A DNA stretch of 64,000 nucleotides from Azolla caroliniana (lineage: Eukaryota > Plantae > Polypodiophyta). A program made the position numbers and the translations under genes. Shown piece after piece: positions 1 through 12,832 of the stretch; within the stretch, counting starts at the first letter, position 1; every line of letters begins with the position of its first letter. The notes beneath the pieces are model-generated. The model was not told the origin of the DNA. It did no database searches and worked only from the letters and a program-made list of their open reading frames with translations. The DNA lies in assembly GCA_043228905.1 (NCBI GenBank), contig JBHGNT010000005.1, positions 19,964,001 to 20,028,000 on the forward strand, in the 5' to 3' direction.

Positions 1-222
1 AGTCAACACACTCTCATGTAATTATATGTGCTTTCATGTGCAACTATATGGTCAATTCATCCCCTTCATCTCTCACCTCGGGAGTTGACCTGGTGCATTT
101 TGGGAAATAACAAAAAGCTCAGCAACATTCTCGAGATATTCCCAAGGATCAATTGGTTTGAAGCTTGGTGTGTGACATACATTTATTCAATAACTGAGTT
201 GAGAACCTATTGGATTCTGCAG

Positions 223-1099
223 GTTCTTGGTCAGTTCACAGTTTGATGAAGCAATTGCATTAAGCTCAACTCTTCTACAAAGGTTGAAGGATATACAAGA
301 AAATTTTGAAGGCATCCAAGATGAGAATGAGGTGGATGACATGATACAATCCTCAGGAATGGTGTTCGTCCAGGCGTACAGTGAGAGTGGCAAGTCAGTA
401 CCTCTATTTTTTTCATTGTGTTCACTGTTTTTATAGATGTTCTCATCTTTATTTCATGCTCTTTGATTTCGTTTTTATTAATTCAAATTGATCTTGATAG
501 TTTTCTTGTAGTTAAAACCAGTTACAAAATGAATAAGTTCAGGGTATGATTTTTGAAGCACAGTCTTGCCTTTGACTACTCATTTGTCAAGAAGTTATTA
601 TAGACCTGTCTTATGTGGTCCTCAATTGTTACCTATTTCTCATTTCTATGTAGAGGGCTTTTTATCAGTTCTTATTTTTCCAGGCTAATTTTTATACAAG
701 CAATAATGCCATTTGAACTCAATTTTCAAGTAATGAATGCAATTTCACTCATAATTCAGAGACACTTGTTTCATTTACTGAGATGTGTTTGCAAAACGAC
801 AGAACTTAGATAGAATTTCACCTTGTAATGGCTAGTTTTATGTTGCATCCGTTTAGGATGTGCACATGATGTTGATGACTTTGTGATCTGTATACTAAAA
901 AGGCAATGAAATATACATTTGTAATTTGTATATCTATTGCATATGTGGGTATATACACATATTCTAGACCATATGTGTACCTATATGGCATATAAATGGT
1001 ATATATACGCACACTCTCTTGTTCTATATGCATATACCTATGTATTTGTTTTTTCTATATGTTACCTCTTGCGATTTTTAACTCCTTATATTTATCTTA

Positions 1100-1144
<45 letters not shown>

Positions 1145-4100
1145 ACAGGGTCACATGCACACATACACATACACAACAAAAGTAGATGTAAGGAACACTA
1201 ATATACAAGGGCAGATTTGCCATGGAATATGAGCTTCTATTGATCCCTTTTTTCTTTACGTGTCTGTTTTCTATGTTTAGCATTATTTTATTTGTTATTT
1301 CTGCCTACATGCGTCTTTCATTCTCGCACTAACGCAGGAAAAATTTATAAACCCAAATCAGGTTTAAACTTATAAATGTATATGCTCTTGAGATCCATTT
1401 GATAGGCTACCTAGGAATGGTGGTCACCTTTTGGTTATTAATCCCACATTATGATTACATGTTTGGCTCAAACTTCCTCAAGGATCATTATTATGTATAG
1501 GGTTTCTATGCTATGTAAATTGTCTCCGTGTTCAGAATTAATGCCCATTTTCATAGCGTGTGTTTAATTCTCGGCATGTGTAGTTGCCATGTACAGATCT
1601 CATGACAATGCAAATTGCAATCCTAGTTAGCAAGAAGGAAAATGTTTATATGATTGGTTTTCTGTCATTTTTGTACCGCGTCCTCCAAAGCAAGGTTGTT
1701 GGACAATAGTGCACATGCCACTTCAGGAAATTTTTGGTAACTACAATGACATTAGGTTGTTTAAGAGATGAGGAGATTACTAGAGTCGACCATTTTTTAC
1801 TATCAAGGTAGTCTTCTCTGTTGGTCTCGTCATCTTTCAAACCTTAATATGAAATCTATGAAAAAAATGTGTTTCCTATGTTCCACCTTTTGTTTTTCAT
1901 TCCAAGTCTCACAATCCCCCTTACAATTTACTTGTTTCCTATGTGCTGATAATGATTGGTTATTGTGTCAGAAAGTTTGATAATTGCTGTGGGTATGTGA
2001 AGACACATCTTTCATTTGATGTGAAAGGGGCTCCAAGGCCAATGTAGTTTAATCTCTCTATAATGAATAACCCCATTCAGTTTATAGCGTGACTGCTGGG
2101 TTCTCTTTCAGCTTAGTTTTTCAAAGAAAGTCTACTAATTCAACATTATCTAGCATGAAAATGATCATGACATGATCTGGGACTCTGTAGATTCCTTATG
2201 CAAGTTGATGGGCATAGCTCTTCCTATCTGAGTTTAGAAGTAACTTACATATGAGGTCAAATAACAAATATTATGGGTTTTATAATTTCCTAATTACGGC
2301 TGTTTTGTCTTTCTAGTATGCATTGTTGATTATAGCGTGTGACTATCTGTTTACATCATATTTTCTTAAATAAGAAATCAATATAAGATCTATTACACAT
2401 TGTGGATTAGCAATGTACATGTCTATTTGTTTAATTCATATTTTCTGAAATAAAAAATCAATATAACATCTATTTTCATGTGCAACTTCAGAGAATTTTT
2501 GAATTTTTTATAATAATCGTGTTTTAAAAACTATACTTTTTCTGTTACCCTGTCCGGACTCTGTACCTTCGTTGCCTCACTATATATAACCTTTTTTCTC
2601 TGTCTAGTACAGATTGTGGATTAGAAATGTACATGTCTATTTGTTGTGCACTTTTAGTGAATTTTTTCAATGTTTGTTGATAATCATGTTTAAAAATCTT
2701 TTACAGCATATATGAGCAAAAGATTCTCAAGTTATGAGCGCCCTTCTCTAATATGCAGGTCAAACATCATGCTGAGTGACTTGGGGATCATCTTTGGCAG
2801 TCTTTCAAAAGTTCACCCTGCATTGTTTTTCTCTGGGTAAGGTCTCTTTTGTAGTGTAATATGTGCACTCAACAGTTTGGTGTCAATATTTTCAATGCAT
2901 TGTGTAGCATAGGTGTAATGGAGACATTTGAAAAGAATTAGTAGTTATTTAATATTGCTGATTCTTTGAATGAGTCATTTAGAAGATACTCTATACTGTT
3001 TACCACACTGGATTGGGGTGTGTGGCTATGGCATACTAAGATAATATCTTATGTTATCTTCTCAGAGTCTGCTTGCAGATTTCAGCAGGGATTTATTTGG
3101 ATGCTCAAAGTTCCATAGAATCTTATTTGAAAGATTGGGCTTTCACTACAGTGGGTGAAAAATCGTGTAGATTCAAGCCAGCAGAAACAATAAGACACGG
3201 GTCTGTATTTCTGAAGCCTGCGATGTACTTAGATATCACAGAGCTCTATTGTGTAGAAGTGCTTTCAAAAGGCCTTAGAAATACAGATGCAGCATTGCAT
3301 TGGCTGCGTGATGCGACTGATATACCAGCTGATAGAAGAGAGGTGAAATTTCGCTCTCTTGTTAATGAGGAATCAACTGATGAGTGTTTTCTGTTGGGAA
3401 AAACAATCAATATACCACATAAGTTTTTGGGTTTCAAGAAGTACCAGACTGCCCCTTGGTTTCTGAAACTTACGGGTAGCCCACAAACGTAATTAGACTT
3501 AATAACAATTAGTAAGTTGGTGATTTTTTTGGCTCTATGTGGGAAATGTTTTACAAGGCAACTTTATATCTGGTTTTTTTTTAATTGAGCACTAATCAAA
3601 CTAATTATTCTGACTTGGGTGCTAAATAAGCTAATTAGATCACTAAGCATGCATAGATAAATGTTGATTAAGCCTAATTAAAATTAGCTGTATTTGAATT
3701 AACCAAGGATGTTCTAGTAAATGTGTTTAAACCAAGGTGTATCATGGTAAATATGCAAAAAGTTATGGACATATTGATTGATGTTTTTCCTTTTTTTGTC
3801 TGTGTTAGTTTATATCAAACTCATGTTCTTTACAGGGTATACGTGAAATGATAGAAGGACTTTCCTTTGAAAAAGATAAACATGAAGGAATAAATACTAA
3901 ATCGGATATGGATTACAACGGTGGGTCATTGCTGCAGCCAACTGTTGTTTCTGGTTCTCCAGTAGTCTCCTCGGTTGTTTCAGGATATGATGAAAATAAA
4001 ATGACAATGATTCATGGTCACAAGAAAGGGGATTCACATTCGTTGTTATCAAGTTTCCGTTCTTTTCCTCTCATCAAACTGATTTCAGGATGGATTGCTT

Positions 4101-4555
4101 CTCATGGATACGCTTCAAGATGTGATAAACTACTTTGTGTCTTGTCTCAACAAAAGACAACTTTCACTGGAGCAGCAGTAGTATTTCTCATGATTGCTCT
4201 TTACAAGCAAAAACATAACATCTCCAGGTATTTCATTGCTTGCTTTACCTCTAGAGTGTTAGTAATCTGTTGGTTGTGTCCCCGCCCTCCCTATCCACAG
4301 AAGTATTATTCAACATATGGAAAACTTTGTTCCTGGAATTTGGCTGCAACTAGGATATTGTGGTTTTGCTAGATGTGGATAGCTAGCTAGTCTGATAATG
4401 CGATATATGCTCATTTTGTTTGCAGGATTGTGAAGGGCCTCACCAGTGTTCTCGGGATAAGGACTATTCTGCATGCTATCTACGTCGGTATATATGATCT
4501 TTGGCAGTTGGCGTTTAAAGTTCAGCTGAACCCCCTTGCAGTTGTGCAACCTTAA
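223..4555 (+). CDS. APEM9: APEM9/DAYU-like (PEX26-analogous) peroxisomal membrane anchor, 5'-partial; exons 223-393, 2759-2836, 3066-3342, 3836-4227, 4426-4555
   Basis: GT-AG exons join in frame: LVSSQFDEAIALSS..DMIQSSGMVFVQ / SNIMLSDLGIIFG..LFFSG / VCLQISAG..ELYCVEVLSK..WLRDATDIPADRRE / hydrophobic segment GAAVVFLMIALY / DLWQLAFKVQLNPLAVVQP*. These match, from recall, Arabidopsis APEM9 blocks (DMLESAGMVLVQ, GVCLQISNG, DFWKLAFSYQVNPLAAIQ). Confidence 0.9.
1103..1141. repeat. (CT)n microsatellite in APEM9 intron
   Basis: Uninterrupted ctct run. Confidence 0.95.
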
Positions 4556-5689
4556 CTCATCTGTAAGGGATAGTTTATCAAGAACCTTGGGATAAAATAG
4601 GCACCAGAAAAGAAAACAATAATAGACATTGTGTATAGCTAAAGAGGCAATGGTCAAGGTCTCCTTCATGATTAATGTCATGCATACCAGCTCAAGTCTC
4701 AAGCCTCTTCTGTGGTCAATGTCAAACCAATCAAAGTCTTTCCATGGTCGAATGTCAAAAAGATCAAGGCCTTTTCATCGTCAAGAAGCAATCAAATTTC
4801 TTTCTTTTCATAGTCAAGGTCAAACCAAGAAATGGAAACAATCCCTAGATTGATGCTCTTTCTTTCTCTTTTTTTTTTTCTGAAATGACTTTCCACAATA
4901 GGCTGTTGACTTTATTTTTTAACTTCTCAGTATTGTTCCTCATTGAAGGTTCTCTGGTTGTAGATAGAATGAATGTTCACGTGGGGGCAAATTGTACATG
5001 GTATTGTATATGTGTGCGATCTGAGATCGTTTGTTTAAAATCAGAACCCATATGTGTTTCGTATTGCATTCATCAATCCTGGAGAAGCTAATGCAACTTA
5101 CTGAGATATTTCGCTTATCTCTTTGTAATTTTACACTGAAATATTAATTTTTTGACGGCTGATAATTGATGAGTATATTTTGATGAGGTCATGATCAATC
5201 CCCGTTCCTATTCTTTAAGATAGATAATCTTGTCCATGGTGTTAATTATCATGCTAATTACCAACCCCTCAAATTGAGTAGATTGTTTACTACCGAATAA
5301 AATATATGGAAAGATGCATCTGAAAATTGCATAGAGAAATCAGAATCAAACACCAGTCTTTAGTATTTGTATTTTCTTGCTGGTTCTCATGTTCTTGAAA
5401 TTATGGAATAACTTATTGCCTTTTAGATGGCGTCATATCACATCTTTCACTAGCTAATCTTTGTCACCTCAACACATTTCATTATCCTTTTGAGGACACA
5501 TATCCAGTCATCCACATAATTTTCCACTTGTAAAAAATCTAGTGATATCGATTATTAAGGCGTGGGTTGGCCCTAGTAATGTTTCTTTCACTAATCACTA
5601 ATATTGAAAGGCGTGTGCAGTTAAGTTAGGCTATATCAAAGTTCTTTAAATTGAGTACATAGTCATGTAGTTATGAAGTAGGCTTGATT

Positions 5690-5972
5690 GCATGAGTGTT
5701 TAGTTGATGGATGAGATGGTGATACAAAAGTGTTAAAAAACTTGATATAATTGTGTGAGTATTTAGTTAATAGGTAAGATGGTGATACACAACGTTCAAA
5801 AACTTGATATAATTGTATGAGTATTTAGTTAATAGATAAGATGGTGATACACAAGTTAAAAAACTTGATATAATTGTACGAGTATTTAGTTGATAGGTAA
5901 GATGGTGATACAAAAATGAAAAAACTTGATATAATTGTATGAGTATTTAGTTGATAGATAAGATGGCGATAC
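5690..5972. repeat. ~61-bp tandem repeat, ~4.5 copies
   Basis: gagtatttagtt..agatggtgatac..aaaaacttgatataattgt recurs at ~5757, 5819, 5880, 5941. Confidence 0.9.
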
Positions 5973-6897
5973 TTGATCTATTTGTAGAGCATATAACAAG
6001 ACAGGACCAAAACCTACCATTGTGGTTTGCAACACTAGACCCTTAGTTATAGGAGGTATATAATTTCTTTCAAACCTTACATAAACTCCAAATTTAGCCA
6101 TGAGAGAAAGAGAGAGAGAGAGAGGGAGAGAGAAAGAGAGAGAGCCCAGATGGATGACCACCCCTACATTCCACAGTGTCATCTAGTGAAATAGAGATAT
6201 ATATGGAGTATATAATAGAGAGGTGAGGAAATTGGGTTTCTAACCCAAGACACAATGCTTGTAGTGTGATCGACTTACCACTAGGGTAAGCTAATTACGA
6301 TAAAGAGAGAGAGAGAGACATATTTATCTATTTAGTATACATGATAACTCCACATTTTAGACCTTTCCCTTTAGGCCCTTTTACTTGGAGGGATTAAATT
6401 TGTGGAGCATATAATATACATTGCACACAAACTCCAATTGATTTTGTGAACCATCCCAATCTTCATGCGATGCACATGCATAAGCTATGCATTGTAATTG
6501 TGGTTAGGAAACACACCATGGGTTAACAAATCGATCAACGACATAAGTTAAGAAGGCCAATGAATCTTGAACGATATGTTAGCATCGAGAGACCTACTAA
6601 ATCCAAATTGTGTTTGTGAATGACCAAGATAACATATCTGACTTGTTGATGCATTGGTGGTGACTCGTGAGTGAAAAAAACACCCTCCTCCAATGGGGTT
6701 GTTTACAATCTTCATGAAATGTTGATCCGATTGGCACCACCGGATAAAGACACGTGACCCAGACCTAGCTTGAATCTTACGGAATCATAGCTCAATCGAA
6801 GGCGGGAGTTTTCATGTGGTGATTGATATACATGGGGTTGGGTCCAACGGATTGTCAATTTGGCTCTTTACTTAGGCCACAAATCGTAGGATGTTGA

Positions 6898-7340
6898 TAA
6901 TAGTTGGCAACAGTTCGGTTGGAACCAAACCAAACCGCGAACTGTGGCTTAATGGTTAAGTTTAGGTTCAAGTTTTTTTTAACGGTTCAGTTCGGTTTTG
7001 GGGGTGAATGGTTCGGTTTGAACAGTTTGATGGTTTAGGGTTGCCAATAGATTATTTTTTAAAATATTTTTCTAAACAAACTTTTCATTTTTAAGCCAAA
7101 TTTTAATGTTTTAGGAAAAATCTGTAAAATTTTGAAAAATTAAAATACGAAATAATAAAAAATTTCAAAATTTTAAAATTGAAAATTTGAATTTTAACCG
7201 AACCATGAAACCGTAGTTTTAACGGTTTCGATTTTTTTATAACTGTTCAGTTTAAACTGTTTCATGGTTCGGTTCAAAGTTTCAAAAATTTTAAACGGTT
7301 CCGTTTTGACACTCTCAAACCGAACCGTTGGCGATTGTTA
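6898..7340. mobile_element. Non-autonomous TIR element (hAT-like MITE)
   Basis: Imperfect TIRs taatagttggcaacagttcggtt / aaccgaaccgttggcgattgtta; many aaccg/cggtt subterminal motifs; AT-rich core; flanks gatgttga / gacactga are compatible with a decayed 8-bp TSD. Confidence 0.7.
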
Positions 7341-7359
7341 GACACTGATACAAGGTTCT

Positions 7360-7404
7360 TGGACAAAAGCAAGTCCACAGGTGGTATCCGGACAAAAGCA
7401 CGCC

Positions 7405-7444
<40 letters not shown>

Positions 7445-7610
7445 TCCGGACAAAAGCAAGCCCACGAGAGAGAGAATGTCCGGACAAAAGCACGCCCACG
7501 AGAGAGAGAGAGTGTCCGGACAAAAGCAAGCCCACGAGAGAGAGAGAGTGTGTCTGGACAAAAGCACGCCCACGAGAGAGAGAGAGTGTCCGGACAAAAG
7601 CAAGGCCACG
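7360..7610. repeat. Minisatellite gtccggacaaaagca(a/c)gcccacg(ag)n, ~7 units, upstream of transketolase
   Basis: Units directly visible, each followed by a variable-length GA tract. Confidence 0.95.
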
Positions 7611-7837
7611 TGTGTCGGCCTGAGAGCTTACACTTGTCTTCTTCTAAGTATGCCACCACACACATTAGCCATGCATCAATCTCTCTACTTCTTTTTTTTC
7701 TCCTCATATTTTGATCACCTCTGGCTATGGCTTCTTGATCCTTTTCCTCATTCCTCATGTTTGTTTGAATATCACCTCTGGCTATGGCTTCTTGATCCTT
7801 TTCCTGAAGACATGTGAATCAGCAAAGCAAACAAGCC

Positions 7838-10497
7838 ATGGCAGCTTCTCTAACACACATTGTGACTTCACCGCCTTCCAAGCATTGGATTACTACACCT
7901 TCTTCTTCTTCTTCTTCTTCTTCTTCTTCAAGGTTCCATGGCTTGTCCTCCCACAGAACAGAGCTCCTTCTCTCTTGTCATACAACAGAGCCCTCTTTTC
8001 CGGCTTTGGGCTTCCATCATTCAAAGAGAAGGCAAAAGAGCTCCGGGTTCTTTGTAACACTTAAGGCCGAGTGTCAGAATTCCTATGGTGATCATGAGGC
8101 TAATTACCAAGCTCCACCTGCTAGTGATCATCAGAAAAACAGTTTAGAAGCAGGGTTCTCTTTCAAACATGATGAGGTTAACACCGAAGCATCATCGATT
8201 GATGATGATTGTCCCCTACGTCGAGAAGCACCATCTAGGAAAGTTACAGAGGATCTAGACTTGAACTATGTGAAGGAATGGAAAGAAGAGATCAGAAAGA
8301 AAAACTTGCATGATGAAGACTTCTATTCTAACAAGGAAGTCAGTGATGAGGAGAAATGGTTCAGTGATTTGGAATGGGTTAGGTCACAGATAGATGAGAG
8401 ATGTGTGGAGAATATCAGGATGCTTGTAGTGGATAGTGTTCAAGAGGCAAAGGCAGGTCACCCGGGGCTCCCTCTGGGGATGGCGGAGGTCGGATATGTG
8501 ATCTATCGGAAGGCTATGCGATATAACCCCAGAAACCCTAACTGGTTCAATCGAGACCGCTTTGTTCTGAGTGCTGGCCATGGTTCCTTGCTTCAATACA
8601 TCTGCCTTCACCTTTCTGGTTATGCATCTGTCCAGGTATCTATTTTGAGATCCCTAAGTTTTATTTTGATTTCAAAACCTAGATTTTAACTGTTCTACAT
8701 GTACCATGTTCTGCCATGAAATGATTTTTAAGGAAAGAATTTCTAATTTTATTTTTATTTCAAAGTTACTAGATTTAACTGGTTCTACATACCATGTTCT
8801 GCCATGAAATGATTTTAAGGAAAGTATTTCTAATTTTATTTCTATTTCAAAGTTACTAGATTTAACTGGTTCTACATACCATGTTCTGCCATGAAATGAT
8901 TTTAAGGAAAGTATTTCTAATTTTATTTCTATTTCAAAGTTACTAGATTTAACTGGTTCTACATATTAGCATGTTCTGCCATGAATTGATTTAAGGAAAG
9001 AACTTCAAATTTTATTTTTATTTCAAAACTAGATTTAACTGTTCTATATAGTAGCATGTTCTGCCATGAATGATTTAAGGAAAGAACTTTAAAGAATAGC
9101 ATCCTAGTGTTGAATTGTAGCAATTTAAAGAGTAACATCCTAGTGTTGAAGAATTGTTTGGAATCCAGAAACTGTCTGTTCCAACCATCCATTCGATGAT
9201 TTTTTATGTTTGTTTCAGATCGAGGACTTGAAAAGACTCTGTAAATTGGGAAGCCATACTCCGGGTCATCCTGAGAATGTAATAACTGAGGGAATTGAGG
9301 TGACAACAGGTGAGTGAGCATCATTCCTCAATAGCCACATATTTTTCATTCCAGATTTTATTTGCTTTAATGTTGCCAGCTTCATTAATCTTATGATGAT
9401 GCCCATTCAGATTTTGTTTTTCCTTCAGGCAAGAAATGCCACACTGGTTGCATACGATCTTATGTTACCTGATCTTAACTAAGATCACTTCTCTTTTTCT
9501 GTCTAACAAATTAATTTTATAGCAGAAAGTCACCCATTTTGTTTAACATTATATGATACCTAAGACGAGTTGTTTTTCTTTCTGCATATTGTTTGTTTTA
9601 ATGGCAAACAAAGCTTGCATTGATTTGACATAAATAATGGATACCTAAGATCACTTGTTTTTTTTTTTCAATCCTTTGAAGCAAAAAAAATCATTAAAAT
9701 CATGTGTTGATGGGATGATCACACTTGTGACTATGTTTTATGATGAACAGGGCCCCTTGGACAAGGTGTAGCTAATGCTGTTGGTCTGGCGATCGCGGAG
9801 AAGCATCTTGCGGCACGTTTCAACCGCGAAGATTGCACATTAGTTGATCACCGAACGTGATTTTTCTTCACCTTCTCTTCATTTTGTATATTCTCATCTA
9901 AACTACAGATCTATGATTTAAAGATTTAAAGATGGCAATGTGGGTTTTGTACATGTATTCAAAAATAATCCAAGGAAAGTTATTGCTGAAACCAGATTCT
10001 GTATTTTTCTTCACCTTCTCTTCATTTTGTATATTCTCATCTAAACTACAGATCTGTGATCTTGGTTGGAACAAAAGATTTAAAGATGACAATGTGGGTT
10101 TTGTACATGTATTAAAAAATAATCCAAGGAAAGTTATTGCTGAAACCAGATTCTGTATCATGGGGGATGGCTGTGCCATGGAAGGTATATCAAATGAAGC
10201 AGCATCACTGGCTGGTCATTTAAAGCTGAGCAAACTTATAGTTATCTATGATGATAACCATAATACAATTGATGGAGATACCAACCTTACCTTTACCGAG
10301 GATACGACGCTAAGGTTTCAAGCACTCGGATGGAAAACCATCAATGTTGATGGAATATATGATGATTTGGGCAGCTTCGAGTCGGCACTCGAGGAAGCCT
10401 TTGAAGAGAAAGAGAGGCCCACTTTCATAAAGGTATATATGTCATAGCTTCATTACTTAGCAATCCTTCCAACTTCATCAAATAGCTATACAAGAGG

Positions 10498-10534
<37 letters not shown>

Positions 10535-12832
10535 GTATAATGTATGTATAATTTAGGATAGGTTCTAAAGATGAATTTGAATCGGCTTTTGGTCGATATG
10601 TATAATATATAGGTGAAATCATGCATTGGAAGATTGTCGAAGCATCAAGGTACATCCAAGGCACATCATGGAACTTTCGACGAGGACGATGTAAGGCGAA
10701 TGAGGGAAGTGGCGAAATGGGACAATCGAGATCCATTCTATGTCATTCCTATGGTTTATAGGTATGTTTAAAAGGAAGAAATTGTTTTAATTAATTATTG
10801 GAACAATCGAGATCCATTCTATGTCATTCCTATGGTTTGCAGGTATGTTTATTAAAGAAACAAACTGTGTTAATTAATTATAATTGATGTTTTATTGTGA
10901 CCAATACTATCTGTTAATGCTGAATCTGTTGAAACATGTGTTATGGTGAATACAGGGAGTTTGAAAAGCATGCAGAACATGGGCAAGCTGCAGAAGATGA
11001 ATGGAACAGAGTCCTTGCCAAGTATCGGAAGAAGTATCCGCATGAAGGCGCAGAATTCATGCAGCTCCTCAACAAAACATTACCTGATGATTGGGAGAGA
11101 GTTTTACCTGTAAAAATCTCTTCTCCTTTTCCTATGTTTCCTATCTCTTTGTTTGTTAGCTTATTAAAGGTGCAGAATTTTGGAGATCCCCTATTGATTT
11201 TGCTCTACATTTAGCTTTACATGCCTATTTATTGATTGCTCTACATTGAAATAATTTTGGAGATCCCTATTGATTTTGCTTTACATTTAGCTTTACATGC
11301 CTATTTATTGATTGCTCTACATTGAAATAATTTTGGAGATTCCTATTGATTGCTCATACATTTAAATAATTTTGGAGATCCCTATTGATTGATTGATTGA
11401 TTGCTCTACGTTTAGCTTTACATCCCTAATTGATTGCGCTACATTTAAATAATTTTGGAGATCCCTATTGATTGATTGCTCTACATTTAGCTTTACATCC
11501 CTAATTGACTGCGTTACATTTAAATAATTTTGGAGATCCCTATTGATTGATTGCTCTACATTGAAATAATTTTGGAGATCCCTATTGATTGATTCCGCTA
11601 CATTTAGCTTTACATCGCTGTTGATTGCTCTAAATTTAAATAATTGATTGCTCTACATAGAAATAAATTTGGAGATCCCTATTGATTGATTCCGCTACAT
11701 TTAGCTTTACATCCCTGTTGATTGCTCTAAATTTAAATAATTGAGTGCTCATACATTTAAATAATTCTGCATTTAGTTTTACATCCCTATTCATTGCTTT
11801 ACATTTAGCTACATTTAGCTTTACATCTTTAATTGATTGCTCTACATTGAAATAATTTTGGAGACATGGTCTGCGGACGATCCGACAGATGCCACGAGAA
11901 GCTATTCTGAGAAATGCCTCAATGCACTAGCCTCCGTTCTGCCGGGTCTCCTAGGCGGAAGTGCCGATCTAGCCGGCTCCAACAAAGTATACCTAAAAGG
12001 TTATGAAGATTTCAGTGCGGAATCGCCTTGGGGACGGAATATCCGCTATGGAGTACGAGAACACGCAATGGCTGGGATCTCTAACGGGATCGCATTACAT
12101 GGAAGTGGCCTCATTCCTTACGCCTCGACTTTCTTGGTGTTCTCCGACTACATGAAGAACGCGATGCGCCTCTCTGCGTTAAGTGAAGCCGGAGTGCTCT
12201 ACATATGCACTCATGACTCGATCGGGCTCGGAGAGGACGGGCCGACACATCAACCGGTCGAGCAACTTATCGGGCTCAGAGCCATTCCGAATATGTACGT
12301 GTTCAGACCTGCCGATGGGAACGAGGTCTCGGGAGCTTATCGAGCCGCCATCATGCGTCGCCTCGAAGGCCCTTCGGTTATTGCACTCTCTAGACAAAAA
12401 GTGTGGGCCCATATAGTTGGGACGTCCTTGCATGGTGTGGAACAAGGGGGTTACGTGGTTAGCGATAACTCGGAGGGACGAGAGCTCGATTTCATACTCA
12501 TAGGGACAGGCTCGGAATTGTGCCTATGCGAGAGTGCAGCCCAAAAGCTTAGGGATGAGGGAAAGAGGGTTCGAGTAGTCTCATTGGTTTGTTGGGAGTT
12601 GTTCAATGAGCAAGACAGAGAATATAAGGAGAAAGTGTTGCCCAAGTATGTGGAAAGAAGATTGTCGGTAGAAGCCGGATCGCCTCTAGGATGGAAAGAG
12701 TATGTTGGTGACAAGGGGTATGTCATCGGAGTTGATAAGTTCGGGAAAAGCGGAGCTTATTTAGATGTGTTTAAAAGCTATGGTTTCACCCCGGAGAATG
12801 TACTTGAGAAGGCTAGGCAATTATTGAGTTAA
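7838..12832 (+). CDS. TKL: Transketolase, divergent paralogue with probable plastid transit peptide; exons 7838-8635, 9219-9309, 9751-9856, 10150-10432, 10613-10761, 10956-11109, 11864-12832
   Basis: [40 protein letters not shown], ThDP motif [36 protein letters not shown]; all introns GT-AG and in phase; Ser-rich N-terminus. Confidence 0.95.
8655..9090. repeat. ~87-bp tandem repeat x~5 in transketolase intron 1
   Basis: ttcaaa..ctagatttaactg..catgttctgccatgaa..aaggaaag recurs at ~8673, 8761, 8848, 8935, 9024. Confidence 0.9.
11175..11863. repeat. Complex minisatellite filling transketolase intron 6
   Basis: Repeated aataattttggagatccctattgattg / ctacatttagctttacat modules. Confidence 0.9.

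Noticed and set aside
7274-7817. Several overlapping 65-160 aa ORFs
   Set aside because: Translations of the GA-rich minisatellite with no protein signal
7838-12832. Recent bacterial horizontal origin of the transketolase
   Set aside because: Six spliceosomal introns and a transit-like N-terminus; nothing in the sequence supports recent transfer
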